Origin: Squalus acanthias
Lineage: Eukaryota
Reading direction: 5' to 3'
Assembly (NCBI GenBank): GCA_030390025.1
Contig: CM059433.1
Location: 30,940,001-31,004,000, forward strand
DNA: 64,000 bases
Of the stretch, positions 12,845 to 25,030 are shown one piece after another; within the stretch, counting starts at the first letter, position 1, and each line of letters starts with the position of its first letter. Under the pieces are notes generated by a model. It was not told the DNA's origin, ran no database searches, and saw only the letters and a list, made by a program, of their open reading frames with translations. A program made the translations under genes and the position numbers.

Positions 12845-13352
12845 CATAGAATCATAGAAGTTTACGGCACAGAAGGAGGCCATTCGGCCCATCGTGTCCG
12901 CGCTAGCCAAAAATGAGCTATCCAGCCTAATCCCACTTTCCAGCTCTTGATCCATAGCCCTGTCGGTTACGGCACTTCAAGTGCATATCCAAATACTTTT
13001 TCAATGCGTGGAGGGTTTCTGCCTCTACCACCCTTTCAGGCAGTGAATTCCGGACCCCCACCGCCCTCCAGGTGAAAAAAGTTGTCCTCAACTCCCCTCT
13101 AATCCTTCTACCAATTACTTTAAATCTATGCCCCCTGGTTATTGACCTCTCTGCTAAGGGAAATACGTCCTTCCTATCCACTCTATCTTGGCCTCTCATA
13201 ATTTTAGACACTTCAGTTAAATCTCCCTGAGCCTCTTCTGTTCCAAGGAAAACAACCCCAGCCTATCCAATCTTTCCTCATAGCTAAAATTCTCCAGTCC
13301 TAGCAACATCCTAGTAAATCTCCTCTGTACCCGCTCTAGTGCAATCACATCT
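12845..13352 (-). mobile_element. CR1 LINE 3' fragment
   Basis: [13 protein letters not shown]...TRGHRFKVIG and a ctatgattctatg tail. Confidence 0.9.
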
Positions 13353-13449
13353 TGGTATTTACAAATCCTAATCTCCACAAAATGTGCATTACAATCCAGC
13401 CATGTGCCGGAGTCATGCAGTAGAGCATCGAGCACCATGGTACAGACAT

Positions 13450-13768
13450 TACACCTCATCTTGAGCCATCTTTTGTTTCTTAACTTGTCCCAATACCTCT
13501 CCTTTTGTCTTGCACTATCATCCCTTTTGTCAGTCAATCTCTCCTGCCTTCCATCCAATCACAGACCTTCCCTTTGTTCTTTCCTCCCCTCCTCCCTGCC
13601 CCTGCTTAAAAATCTCTCTTCTCTAACCTTTTCCAGTTCTGACGAAGGGTTCGACCCGAAATGTTGACTCTGTTTCTCTCTCCTCGATGCTGCCTGACCT
13701 GTTGAGTGTTTCCAGCATTTTCTGTTGTTATTTCAAATTTCCAGCATCCGCAGTATTTTGCTATTGTA
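13450..13768 (+). mobile_element. Penelope solo pseudo-LTR with hammerhead (13635-13669)
   Basis: Similar to 4140-4417; ends cagcatccgcagtattttgctattgt. Confidence 0.82.
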
Positions 13769-14148
13769 ACAGTACAGACGTTGTTGGGTTAATCCTACTT
13801 TTTTCAACAACAATACATAGGAAATGTGAGTAGCATTGTCTGTGTGGTGAGATTTAACGAAGTACGGTATAGACAGCAGGACGGGTAAAGGTCTACACCT
13901 GGATGCCTGTGGCATACTTATGATGATGACTCTTCGTAACCTTGTTCCATGAGCCGATGGGAATACTGTGCTCATTGTCAGTTACTGCAACTAGTGGGAG
14001 TTGGAGTGAGTCATTATGGAACATAGGAATAGGAGTAGAGTAGAGCATTCAGCCCCTTGAGCCTGCTGAGCCATTCAATTAGATTATGACAAAAGCAAAA
14101 AGACGATAATGCTGAGCTGAAAGTGTACAAAGCCAAAGGACTATAATA

Positions 14149-14410
14149 CCTTTTGTCATTTAATCTCTCCTGCGTTCCACCCTATCACAGACCTTCTCTT
14201 TTGTTCTTTCTTCCCCTCCCCCCTTTCCCTGCCCCTGCACTTGCTTAAAATCTCTTACACCTCTAACTTTTTCCAGTTCTGACGAAAGGTCATCGACCTG
14301 AAACGTTAACACAGTTTCTCTCTCTTCGATGCTGTCTGACCTGCTGAGTATTTCCAGCATTTTCTGTTTTTATTTCAGATTTCCAGCATCCGCAGTATTT
14401 TGATTTTGTA
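14149..14410 (+). mobile_element. Penelope solo pseudo-LTR with hammerhead (14275-14311)
   Basis: AGTT CTGACGA A AGGTC ATC GACCT GAAAC GTT AAC. Confidence 0.82.
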
Positions 14411-16255
14411 TCAGCACTACCACAAATGGCTCAGCAAGCCAGAGAAGGGGCACCCAGGGGCTCGCACGCAGCACTCCAGCTTTGTGCAGGGTGTCAACAC
14501 AGCAAGAGAGGACCTCTAACCACAGGGGCTGGGAGGCCCTCCAGAAAGAATGATGTGGGATCAGATCACCAAAGCTGTCACTGCAAGCCATGTCGCCCCC
14601 ATCACCTGGCTCTAGTGCCCAAAGAAGCTTTATGACCTCAGACCAGTGGTCAAGGTCAGTGAATGCATCTTCAAAAGTCATCTCCTACTAACTGCACCAC
14701 TATCCTCACACACTGCTCAATGCACAACCCCCCCCACAATCACACAACTACCAACAATCTGTACCAAACACGAGGCACACCTCCCATTCATAGCCTCATC
14801 TCACCCCCTTGGAGGAGACGGTGCTGGCCATTCTTGGCAGGGGCATGGCTGAGCCCTTGGCCAGCGGCAGGGCTGAAAGGATACAAGATGCTGGTATCCT
14901 CATACGTTATCCTCCTTCTCGCATGCACCTCTTGCTTTTCCGCCCTCCCCTCACCACAACTCCACCATTGTGCCTTCCTCATTTCACACACCCAAGAAAT
15001 GTAGCCTGCCCAGCCAGTGGTTGGCCAAGAAGAGGGAGAGGAGAGTGAAGAAGAAGAAGAAGAAACGCCGTCACTCGATTTCACACTCCCAGCCACCAGT
15101 TCCTCAAGGCCGACCAACAATGCCATCTGCAGTCTTCCCCACTGAAAGTCAGCAGCCTTCCACCAGCCATGCTGCAGCCACTGGGATAGCACTGTGTGAC
15201 ATCAGTAGGATAGGCAAAGACACACACACGAAAAAATCACTAAGAGAATGCATAAAGTCGTTTAGTTGATTTCTTGATGTCATAATAGACGGATAGATGT
15301 ATAAAGTTGCATTGGAAAGTTTGCTTTGTGGTGGCTTTTATTTCAGCATTGTGACCAAGAGGATGCTGTGACGGTCAGTAACAGAGGGAAGGTAAGGTGT
15401 GGGACTAATGTTGAAAGGGGAATTGGAGTTGTGGTCACTGGGACCGCAGGTGGATGATTCCATCCCGGATATCTCGGCAAGAAAGGGGCTATCTGGGTTG
15501 CTTCCTTCCTTCTGCTTCCTCCTTTCCTCCTCTTCTGCTTTCTCCTTTCCTCCTCTTCTGCTTCCTCCTCTTCTGCGTCTTCCTCTTCTGTGTCTTCCTC
15601 TTCTGCGTCTTCCTCTTCTACGTCTTCCTCTTCTGTGTCTTCCTCTTCTACGTCTTCCTCTTCCCTCTGTGAGCGGATGCTGGAACTCTGAAATAAAAGC
15701 AGAAAATGCTGGAAATACTCAGCAGGTCAGGCAGCATCTTGACCTGAGACGTGAACTCTGTTTTTCCTTCCACAGATGCTGCCTGACCTGCTGAGTATTT
15801 CCAGCATTTTCTGTCTTCTCTAAGGCCTTCCTCTACCATCTGAGGCCTTACACACATCCAGCAGCACTCCCTGCACTCTTTAAAAACTTTTAACATCTAT
15901 TGCACCAAACCACTACGTTGATAAATATAAAAATCCAGTCCAAAAGCTTAAATGCTAACTTACCTGAAAGGTGTGTGTGCCCCTTTAAGAAGTGCTGACA
16001 GCGTCTCTGTCAGTCGGCTGCACGCTTGCTTTTCAGAGTGAGCTATACTCAGTGCAAAGGTCCAAGTTCGCAGAGCGTGACGTTAAGTTGGAGTGCATCA
16101 CGCGCTCCATATTTGCATGTCCAGGGCCACTATGGCCCTCACCACAATAGCGGCCGCCGAGTCCCGCACCAGAGAAGGGCGATAGAGCGGAGGCCGCCAT
16201 TTTCTTTCAGGAAACCGGCAATAACTCGTGGCGGTAAGTGGCCGAATTTTTCCCC
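14411..16255 (+). mobile_element. Non-autonomous Harbinger element, left-truncated (decayed Myb/SANT gene on +, transposase C-terminal remnant on -)
   Basis: Colinear with the reverse complement of 39516-41250; MAQQAREGAPR...WDQITKAVTA...KKLYDLRPVVK|gtcagt with frameshifts and stops; right end gaatttttcccc. Confidence 0.8.
15530..15665. repeat. 15-bp tandem repeat (CTTCCTCTTCTRYGT)n
   Basis: About 8-9 units visible; the sibling element has only about 3 at 40172-40222. Confidence 0.9.
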
Positions 16256-16292
16256 TTATATGTTATGGTCATGCAGTGCTGCTGTCACTTGA

Positions 16293-17145
16293 GATGCCGT
16301 GGCTTAGTTGGTAGCATTCCTGCCTTTGAGTCTGGAAGGTTGTGGGTTCCAATTCCCACTCCATGAAACTTGAGCACAAAAATCTAAGCTAACACTTCAG
16401 TGCAGTACTGAGGGTGTGCTACACTGTTGATGGTGTTGCCTTTTGGATGAGATGTTAAACTGTAGCCCTGTCTGTGTTCTCCTCAGTATCCTGGCCAACA
16501 TTTATCCCTCAACCATGGGCAACACGGTGGCATAGTGGTTAGCACTGGTGCCTCACAGCGCCAGAGACCCGGGTTCGAATCTGACCTCGGGTGACTGTCT
16601 GTGTGGAGTTTACACATTCTCCCCGTGTCTGCGTGGGTTTCCTCCGGGTGCTCCGGTTTCCTCCCACAGTCCAAAAATGTGTGGGTTAGGTTGATTTGGC
16701 TATGATAAATTGACCCTTAGTGTTAGGGGGGATTAAATATGTGGGGTTATGGGGATAGGATGGGATATGTTAGGGGGAATTAAATACGTGGGGTTACGGG
16801 GGTCGGGTGGGATATGTGTACTGTGGGGATTAAAGCAGGGACAGGGTACTGGATTTGGATGATCAGCCATGATCGTATTGAATGGCGGAGCAGGCTCGAC
16901 GGGCCGAATGGCCTACTCCTGCTCCTAGATTCTATGTTTCTATGTTAACCACCACCTAACCCAGATGATTTAGTAATTTATTTCATTGCTGCTTGTGGGA
17001 ACTTGCTGTGTGCATACTGGCTGTCATTTTTCCTATATTACAACAGTGACTACACTTCAAAAGTACTTCATTGGCTGTAAAGCACTTTGGGATGTCTTGA
17101 GATTGTGAAAGGTGCTATAGAAATTAAAATCTTTCTTTCTTCTTT
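16293..17145 (+). mobile_element. SacSINE1-like SINE interrupted by an HE1 SINE
   Basis: tRNA-like head gtggcttagttggtagca...gggttccaattccc; the body resumes after 16945. Confidence 0.8.
16517..16945 (+). mobile_element. HE1-type V-SINE, full length
   Basis: A box GGTGGCATAGTGG, B box GGTTCGAATC, V-domain tgtgtggagtttacacattctccccgtgtctgcgtgggtttcctccggg, CR1-derived tail ttctatgtttctatg. Confidence 0.9.
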
Positions 17146-17192
17146 CTAAAGTCAAAGGTCATTGGAAAAATTCTGGGAACTAGTCTTCAACT

Positions 17193-18551
17193 TAGGGTGG
17201 CCAACCCTCCAGAATTCTCCTGGAGTCTCCAGGAATTGAAGATTAATCTCGAGGACACTGATGTGAGCAAACCCTGGAGAAAAACCATAGGGGCTTTTAA
17301 AAAAAAGTGATTTATTTTCATTTTCTTCAAACTCTTTCATTGATTAGTTATAAAAATATTAGAGGTGGGGGAAAAGGCCTCTTACTCGAACAGTCAAGAT
17401 GAATCCAATTGGAATCCAAAGGCTGGAATTTTCCCCTAAAAAAAGGGTGGGTTTGGGGCGTGGGGGCAGTTAAATTGTTAAAAATGGGATTCCTGACCTG
17501 ATCCCGCCTCCAACACGGCCACTTCCGGTTTTAACGGAGGCGGACGGGGCGGGATGGGCGACCAACCCGCTCCCAGGGGGGCAGAACGTCAATTTAAATA
17601 TTATGATGAGGCTGGAAGCCTCTTTTTTCACCTCCATTTTGAAATTAACTGCATGTGGTCGGGATTCACACAATTCGTGAAACCTGGCAGTTAAACTGAG
17701 GCGGGGACTGCTGCATCCAGGTGGTAAGTGGCTTTATACCTCCCTGCTGGATCCAGGAACCCTGCCTAACCGGGATCGGAGACACCCTCACGAGGCATCT
17801 GGTCACCTTCTCTGGCCTCTGATTCCTAACATGAGGCCTCCCCCCCCCCGCCACCCCACCGATGATGCTGAGGCCAGCCACAATCCTCTCTCCCCCTCCA
17901 TGATCCCCGACTTCCCCAACCCCCGCCGATCCTCAGCTGACGCCCCCCCACCCCGCTGATCCTCCAACCACCCCTCCCCACCGATCCCCGGCCAACTTAC
18001 CTCCCACCGCAGATGCTCCGGCCAACACCCAGCCCATCGAACCCCCTCCCGCGATCCCTGATCCTCCACTGCCGACACCCCCACCCCCGCGATCCCCGAT
18101 CCTCCACTGCTGACCAACCCCCTCCTGCAAATCCCCAACTGCCAATTCCGACCTCCCCGCGATCCCCAATCCCTGACTGCCGATTCGCCGACTTCCCCCA
18201 CACCCGCAATCCCTCCCCCGGACTGACCCCTCGCATCTGCAGGCCTACCCGCCCGCAGCCAACCTCTCAATCTGGCTCTCTGCGGGCGGGAAACCGAGGC
18301 CTCACATTCAAATCAGGCCCTGCCCTTAAAGTCGGCAGGCCTCCCGGGTTTCCCACCCACCTCGGAGGCCCCCCGCCCCCAACCCGCCTCCCTGGAGAAA
18401 ACTCCAGCCCTCGAGCCTGTTCCCTTTCCAATTGACCGTGGGAGGCAGTGCACCCGGAGGATGGACCAATTAGCGGGGGCGGGGTAGTTTGAGGCAGGAG
18501 GTCATGTGATGGAACCTCCAGGAATATAGCCAACCAGAGTTGGCAACCCTA
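17193..18551. mobile_element. hAT (Blackjack-like) MITE hosting a Harbinger-type MITE
   Basis: TIRs TAGGGTGGCCAAC / GTTGGCAACCCTA; 8-bp TSD CTTCAACT / CTCCAACT. Confidence 0.82.
17421..18410. mobile_element. Harbinger-type MITE with a C-rich degenerate tandem core
   Basis: TIRs GGCTGGAATTTTC / GAAAACTCCAGCC; ccccgcgatcccc repeats at 17900-18215. Confidence 0.72.
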
Positions 18552-19074
18552 CTCCAACTCCTCCTCCCACTGGGATGGTGAATCAAGCAATCAGAGTATG
18601 ACAGGAGAACACGGGAGAAGAAAATAACAAAAATAAAAACCAACGAATAAGAAAGCTTCAATCAAGCATGCAAGTCAAATGTACTTTACAGCAATCACAG
18701 TAAACCTGCTGACTTTCAGTGGGAGGTTTAATTACACCATGCAATTTTACCGTTGTCCAGTTTTATTAATGTCTCAATGATTTGAAATGTAACTGACTGA
18801 AACCTAACCTAGCAACACCTTGATTTCTTTTAACTTCCTTAGCCTACATCAATTTGAAGTTTTAATTCTAAGCTGCGATGCATTTTCTGGCTGTGTTAAT
18901 ACATAATGTAATAGTCTAAATTAATCTAGTGGAATAATAAGTAAGGAATAGACAGCATGTGGAGGAAAAACGTTTCCACTCAAATGGCACTAAACTTGGT
19001 GGAAATCGAGCCGTACCTCGCCTTGCTTCTTTTGCTGGGACAGCTCTTCGCCCGGAGCACTTGTCGGTACTTTC

Positions 19075-19645
19075 ACATAGGAACAGGAGTAGGCCATTCA
19101 GCCCGTCGAGCCTGTTCCGCCATTCAATTAGATTACGGCTGATCTGAATCTTAACTCCATCTCCCCGCCTTGGTTCCATAACCCTTAATACCCTTGCCTA
19201 ACAAAAATCGATCAATCTTAGTTTTGAAATTTTCAATTAACCCCCCCAGCCTCAACAGCTTTTTGAGAGAATTCCAGATTTCCACTACCCTTTGTGTGAA
19301 GAAATTAGATCACCCCTTAATCTTCTATACTGCAGGAAATACAAGCCTAGTCTATGTAACTTGTCCTCATAATTTAACCCTTTTAGCCCCGGTATCATTC
19401 TGGTGAATCTGCGCTGAACCCCTTCCAAGGCCAATGTATCCTTCCCGAGGTGCGGTGCCCAGAACTGAATGCCGTACTCCACATGGGGCCTGACCAGAGC
19501 TTTATATAACTTCCACCCCTTTGTATTCCAGCCCTCTTGAGATAAAGGCCAACATTTCATTAGCCTTTTAAATTACTTTTGTTGTAGCTGTCCACTAATT
19601 TTTAATGATTTGTGCACCTGGACCGTCAAATCTCTCTGCTCCCCC
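19075..19645 (-). mobile_element. CR1 LINE 3' fragment with an internal deletion
   Basis: LYKALVRPHVEYGIQFWAP. Confidence 0.88.
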
Positions 19646-20160
19646 ACAGTACCTGCTGATACAATGGCCGCACAAATATCTGTGGCAGCAGCCTATTTCC
19701 ATTGGAAGAATAAGACATCGGGCACAGGGTCAACACGAAAAGCTTGACAAAACACTTTCTAATGAAATTCAGCAGCTGGGTTGCACTAATGCCATGGAAT
19801 TGTGCCTGAGCTTCAGGGCTTTTGGCCTCATCCAATTTGTGGAAGGTTATATTAAAATGATAGACTAACCCCTCTTGGCAGCATGTTTCCCCTTGCACGA
19901 TGTAAATGTTTACCCTGCAGTGGTGCCCAGTTCTTCTCATTATGCCTTAATTAGGTGAGCCTCAGCGTGACTCTTGCTCTTATTTAAGAACAGGAAATTG
20001 AAGGATTATGGACTTTTTAATGCCAGTTTTAAGGGAAAATAAACGGACTGTGCTCAAAATAACCCTGAATTGCCCAAAGAGCAGAAGTTGGTTAAAAGTA
20101 TTAACAGCAAAAAATGATGGGAAACTGTGAGCTTACAAAGAAATATAAAATGCTGACTAC

Positions 20161-20690
20161 TGTGAGAAGGCGGCTCAGGGACAAGTGCACACCATGCAGC
20201 TGGGAGATAAACCCCAACAAAGACATAGGAACTCAGCTGGTCAAAGAGGGCGGGGAGATGACGCGGATCGATGTAAACCAATGAAAGCAAAAGGCACGTG
20301 AAGTGTGCGTATGTGATTGATGGACAAGACGTGCCATGCCAGTGATAGGCGAATCACGTCAGCAATCACGGGTTCAGCCTGTGACGAGGGGGGTATAAAG
20401 AAGAACGCTTAAAGCCTCTCCTGTACTGCAGTTGGCAGGGATGAAGTCCACCATCCCACAAGCAAGAAGACGTCAGAGTGTACCCTTGTAGACAAGGGCA
20501 TGATCAATCCTTCGTTTTGGGTGTTATACAAACTCTCCGTTTAAGGTTGTATTGTTGTTAACTGTTGATTGAATAATTATAGAAATAATAAAGCATTGTC
20601 GATTTTACCAACACGTTGACTTATGTTTGTGAATGATCTTCCCTCTGGGTTCGAACTGAATATCTATAGACATTAGAGTGAAATCCTACA
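20161..20690 (+). mobile_element. Candidate solo LTR
   Basis: TG...CA ends, CCAAT/CACGTG/TGACG motifs, TATAAA at 20394 and AATAAA at 20587; no TSD found. Confidence 0.45.
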
Positions 20691-20735
20691 AATTGGCTAA
20701 AATCCTACATAATCATATTGTGAGTTTCAGCCATT

Positions 20736-21372
20736 CAACAACAACAACAACTTGCATTTATATAGCACCTTTAACGTAGTAATCCGTCTCAAGGTGCTTC
20801 ACAGGAGCGTTATCAAACAAAATTTGACACCGAGCCACATAAGGAGATATTAGGGCAGATGACCAAAAGCTTGGTCAAAGAGGTAGGTTTTAAGGAGCGT
20901 ATTAAAGGAGGAAGGAGAGGTAGCGAGGCGGAGGTGTTTAGGGAGGGAATTCCAGAGCTTAGGGCCTTGGCAGCTGAAGGCACGGCCAGCAATGGTGGAG
21001 CGATTAAAATCAGGGATGCTCAAGAGGCCAGAACTTTCGGAGCACAGATATCTCAGAGGGTTGTAGGGCTGGAGGAGATTATAGAGAGAGGGAGGGGCGA
21101 GGCCATGGAAGGATTTGAAAACAAGGATGAGAACTTTAAAATCAAGGCGATGCTTAACCGGGAGCCAGTGTAGGTCAGGGAGCACAGGGGTGATGGGTGA
21201 ACGGGACTTGGTGCAAATTATGACACAGGCAGCTGATTTTTGGATGACCTCAAGTTTATGGAGGGTAGAACGTTGGAGGTCGGCTAGGAGAGCATTGGAA
21301 TAGTCAAGACTAGAGGTAACAAAGGCATGGATGAGGGTTTCAGCTGAGGCGGGGCAGAGTCGGGCGATGTTA
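20736..21372 (-). mobile_element. L2 LINE 3' fragment
   Basis: AETLIHAFVTSSLDYSNALL...LHWLPV...LKTYLF and a (GTT)n tail. Confidence 0.92.
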
Positions 21373-21638
21373 CCGGCAAATGGCACCATTCGCATCGCAA
21401 ATGTTCCTCTTATTGTTTTGGACAGTACCAACCAGATGATTTATATCTACCTGCGTTATATCAGAGGTAGATGACTGTGGCTAGTCTCGTGAGTATAAGT
21501 AATTCTTAGTTATAACTTAGCACTGTGTGTGGACTCTGCGCTTGAATCATGATGTTATCTCTCGGGCTGGTGCACTTGGAGCAAAGACCAGGTGAACTGT
21601 GACCTCACTCTCATGTTCACACGTCACTGCTCTAGATA

Positions 21639-22531
21639 GGGGGAGAAATTCAGTATCGCCCCATTTGGGGCGCAATTATCGGCCGGGCGCAAAGATTAGC
21701 GCCCGGCGCTAATTATCGCCACCGACTGCAAACTTGACTTGTATCGCCCCTGGAGGTGATTGGAGCGCTAAATCAGGCGCTTCACACCTGTCTTAAGGCG
21801 CAAAGGCCGAGGAGCGAGGCGCTACCTCAGAGCGCTGGCGAAGCTCATGTGATGTCAGTCAGCAATGGAACACACACATAATGGCACGGGCCAGTTCTTA
21901 AAGGGAATGGTTAATCTTGCTTTCGATCCACATCCTGCTCATTGCAGCCTTGAATCTCGGCCTGGAGAGACCTGCACATCAAATCTGCTGGAAAGAACAA
22001 TGGAGAGTACCAGGCAAAGAGCTCAGAGTGCAGCCCCCACAGTCTCTTCTAAATCGATACAAGGAATGGCAAATCAAAATGAACCTGCAAAGTGCTGCTC
22101 AGTACCCAAAACTCCTTCACACAACGTTGAATCTCTCCAGAAGTCTCTCTCTCTCTCTCTCAGAATGCGTGGTTCAAAAATGGCACCAACAATAAAAGGC
22201 AGGAAGCGGTCACCTTTAAATAGCGCTCCCCCAGTCCCTTCATGACTGCAAAATGCTCCCCTCAACCTGTCGTTGCTAGCGTCAGGTGGTAAGGCAGGGG
22301 GCGCCACTCAATTTCCGCTCCGGGGCATTACCGGGGCGTTGCGCACTCGACTGACGTCACGATCTGCCGGCGCAGGAGATCGTGGTGGTAGTGTTTAGCG
22401 CCGCCGCAAACTGTCTAGTTAATTTCGCGAGCGGCGCAAACTTCGCCGCGCCTGGGCGCTAGATGCTTTGCGCCCCATTAGCGGCCTCTTAAGGCACTAA
22501 CGGGAGGCGCAACCAACTGAATTTTTCCCCC
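21639..22531. mobile_element. Harbinger-type MITE, complete
   Basis: 16-bp TIR GGGGGARAAATTCAGT (1 mismatch); 3-bp TSD ATA. Confidence 0.88.
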
Positions 22532-22722
22532 ATAGAATAGACAGTATCTCCGCAAAGCATGTAGAAAGACTTGAATATTGTAGTTAAATGGAACCACAAG
22601 TGTTGAGGGAAAAATGGGTCAATTCTGCAAGAATTTTTTTTCGCAAGTGCCTTTTTTTTTGTTGTGTTCCTTTCTTTGATAATTATATCTAAGCTTTTTT
22701 CAGACCCTAGTCCTTAAAACAT

Positions 22723-23060
22723 TGGGGATAATTTCAAACTTGACCACAAGCTGCCTCGAACCCACCCACTTCTGGTTTTAATGGAGGCAGGATGAGGGGC
22801 AGGTGACCAATCCGCTGTCAGGAGGTGGGTAGGTCGGGAAAAGCTTTTAAGGAGGCCCTGAACCTCTGCTTTCATAGACTTTTTAATTTTTATCTAAAGT
22901 TGGCCAGGTTTCCCAGGCCTCGGGAAACCCGTCAGGTATAAGGAGGCAAGAAGGGCCGGATCCATGAGGTAAGTGCCTTTGCAGCACTGCTTGTAGGCCA
23001 GGAGGAGCAGGAGTGTTTCCTGTAGGCCCAACAAACTAACCTGCTTCCTTCCTTGCAATC
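22723..23060. mobile_element. Truncated Harbinger-type MITE (related to the left half of 17421-18410)
   Basis: ggggataattt start; cacttctggttttaatggaggc shared with about 17520. Confidence 0.55.
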
Positions 23061-23231
23061 GCCAACTCCCAAAATATTCTGTACAATATCACTCGTGATC
23101 ACTGTTGACACCAAGTTTCATTTTCCCAAATCTAACATTACTCAGTCTCACACCTGATTATGAATATTCCTATCTCACATGAAATATATTTATGTATAAA
23201 TGTACTTGCTCAAATTTTCGCTGGTACATAC

Positions 23232-23339
23232 CCATTTTCAAGATCCAGACAAGAGGCATTATTTCTGCAGGGTCCAGATAAACATTCATTAATGTTCGTT
23301 TCACAATGTGTCCCAGAGAATCCCAGCAAACAGTGACAT
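23232..23339 (-). CDS. EYS: EYS internal coding exon, 108 bp (Ca-binding EGF)
   Basis: Acceptor ctctgccAG|ATGT and donor AATGG|GTATGT. Reads (R)[35 protein letters not shown](G). Phase 2 to 2, in frame with the 97-bp exon (AG|A). Confidence 0.93.
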
Positions 23340-23544
23340 CTGGCAGAGCATGAGGAGAATAGAGGTAAATACCAAACATCAGTACCAAACATCAGTACAT
23401 GTCAGCATCACAGTCAAAACGATCAATGACTAAAGAGAATGAGTAATTATGCAATCAGTTAACTTTCATGTCAAAACATCAATGAATGGAGTCTCTGTTA
23501 TTAAAACGGAGTCAAATTCATGCTTGTTAAATGTGGCTGAGTAA

Positions 23545-24710
23545 TAAGTAAGCTGTCAGTGGGCAAGACTCTTTCTTCTGAGTCTGAAGTTTGTGGGTTC
23601 AAGTCAAATTTACAGAGGCGTGAGCAAATAATTTTGACTGACACTCCCAGTACAGTACTGAGGGAGCGCTGCACTGTCGGAGGTGCTGTCTTTCAGATAA
23701 AACATTAAACCGAGGCCCTGTCTGCCCTCTCAAGTGGATGTAAAAGATCCCATGGCACTATTTTGAAGACGAGCAGGGGAGTTCCCCCTCAGTGTCCTGG
23801 CTGATATTTATCCCTCAAACAACATCACTAAAAACAAATGATCTGGTCATTATGGGCCGAAAATTGATCCCGGGACGCGAGAGTACGCACTGCATACTCT
23901 CGCGTATTCCCACTCCAATTGCCGGTTTTCTGCATGCCCTGCGCATGCGCTGAAAACCGGCAATTGCTCTTCCGAAAAGGGGGCGGGGCTTGAGTGCATC
24001 GCGTGCGCGCTACAGGCTGCGTGCACGCTGTGCACTTCATGCTTTGGACGCGCAGGTAAGTAGGGAAGATTTTGGAAATGTAAAAAGGAGGAGTAAGACC
24101 CGCTTTTAAGAAGGTAAGTAGTGAATTAAGTATTTTTTTGAATTTTTTTTTACAGGTATATCTTTTTTATAGACTTTAAAGACAGGTAAGTTTATTTTTA
24201 TAACTTTTTAAAAGATTTTAAATTTTTTCAAAAATTTAATTTTTTATTTAAAATGGTTAATTTAATTAACTATACTTATTTTATTAATGTGATGGTTTTT
24301 TTTTTAAATTTAATTGAGGTTTAGCTGTTATTTTGGGGGGGTGTAAGATTCATAAGTCTCACAGCCATGCTGTGAGACTTATGAATGGAAGATGGTGTGC
24401 TGCCATTGGCTCTAACTGAGTCACGTGATCCCACAGCTCGCACGAATTAACTACGCCGCTGGGATACGCAAGCCCAGCACAGCTGATGTCTGGAACATCA
24501 ATTTCGTGCGAGCTGGATCAGAAAAAGCATAAGCGAGGTGAGACATCGCGGGGAAGGCTTACCCACGCGGGAACAGAGCGAGATCAATTTCTGGGCCTAT
24601 CTCATTGCTGTTTGTGGGAGCTTGCTGTGCGCAAATTGGCTGCCGCAGTTCAAACATTACAACAGTGACTGCACTTAAAATAATACTTCATTTGTTTCAA
24701 AGCGCTGTTA
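23545..24710 (+). mobile_element. SacSINE1-like SINE split by a MITE
   Basis: The body reads through atctggtcat(tat)...(tat)ctcattgctgtttgtggg. Confidence 0.82.
23854..24597. mobile_element. Harbinger-type MITE, complete
   Basis: TIRs GGGCCGAAAATTGATC / GATCAATTTCTGGGCC; TSD TAT confirmed by the reconstructable empty SINE site. Confidence 0.88.
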
Positions 24711-25030
24711 CAACCAGAGTGTTGTGGGGCAGGACAGGATAGGGAAAGAGCAGTGGGGGTAGGGGGCAGGAGAGCTAGTGGGGGAGGAAGAGGCAGCTGC
24801 TGCTGCAGAATAGATAACCTGTAACTTCCTCTTTTCCTACGTCTTTCTGTCCATTCGGTCTTTCCCTCCTCTTCTTTCCTCATTTTTGCCTCCTCCATCC
24901 TTCCTATTTATCCCCTTCTCCTCCTCCTCCTTCCACTTTCTCTTCCTCCCCTGTTCCCTTCGCTCTCCTGTTGCTTGTTGAAAATGTCCCCTGGATTTAG
25001 GAGCAGTATTAACTTCCCAGCAGGAAATGT

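Noticed and set aside
16517..16590. tRNA gene
   Set aside because: The A/B boxes belong to a SINE head; likewise at 16293, 56668 and 61120.
19605..19940. Overlapping 87-aa and 104-aa ORFs in unique-looking sequence
   Set aside because: No motifs or splice-consistent link to EYS.
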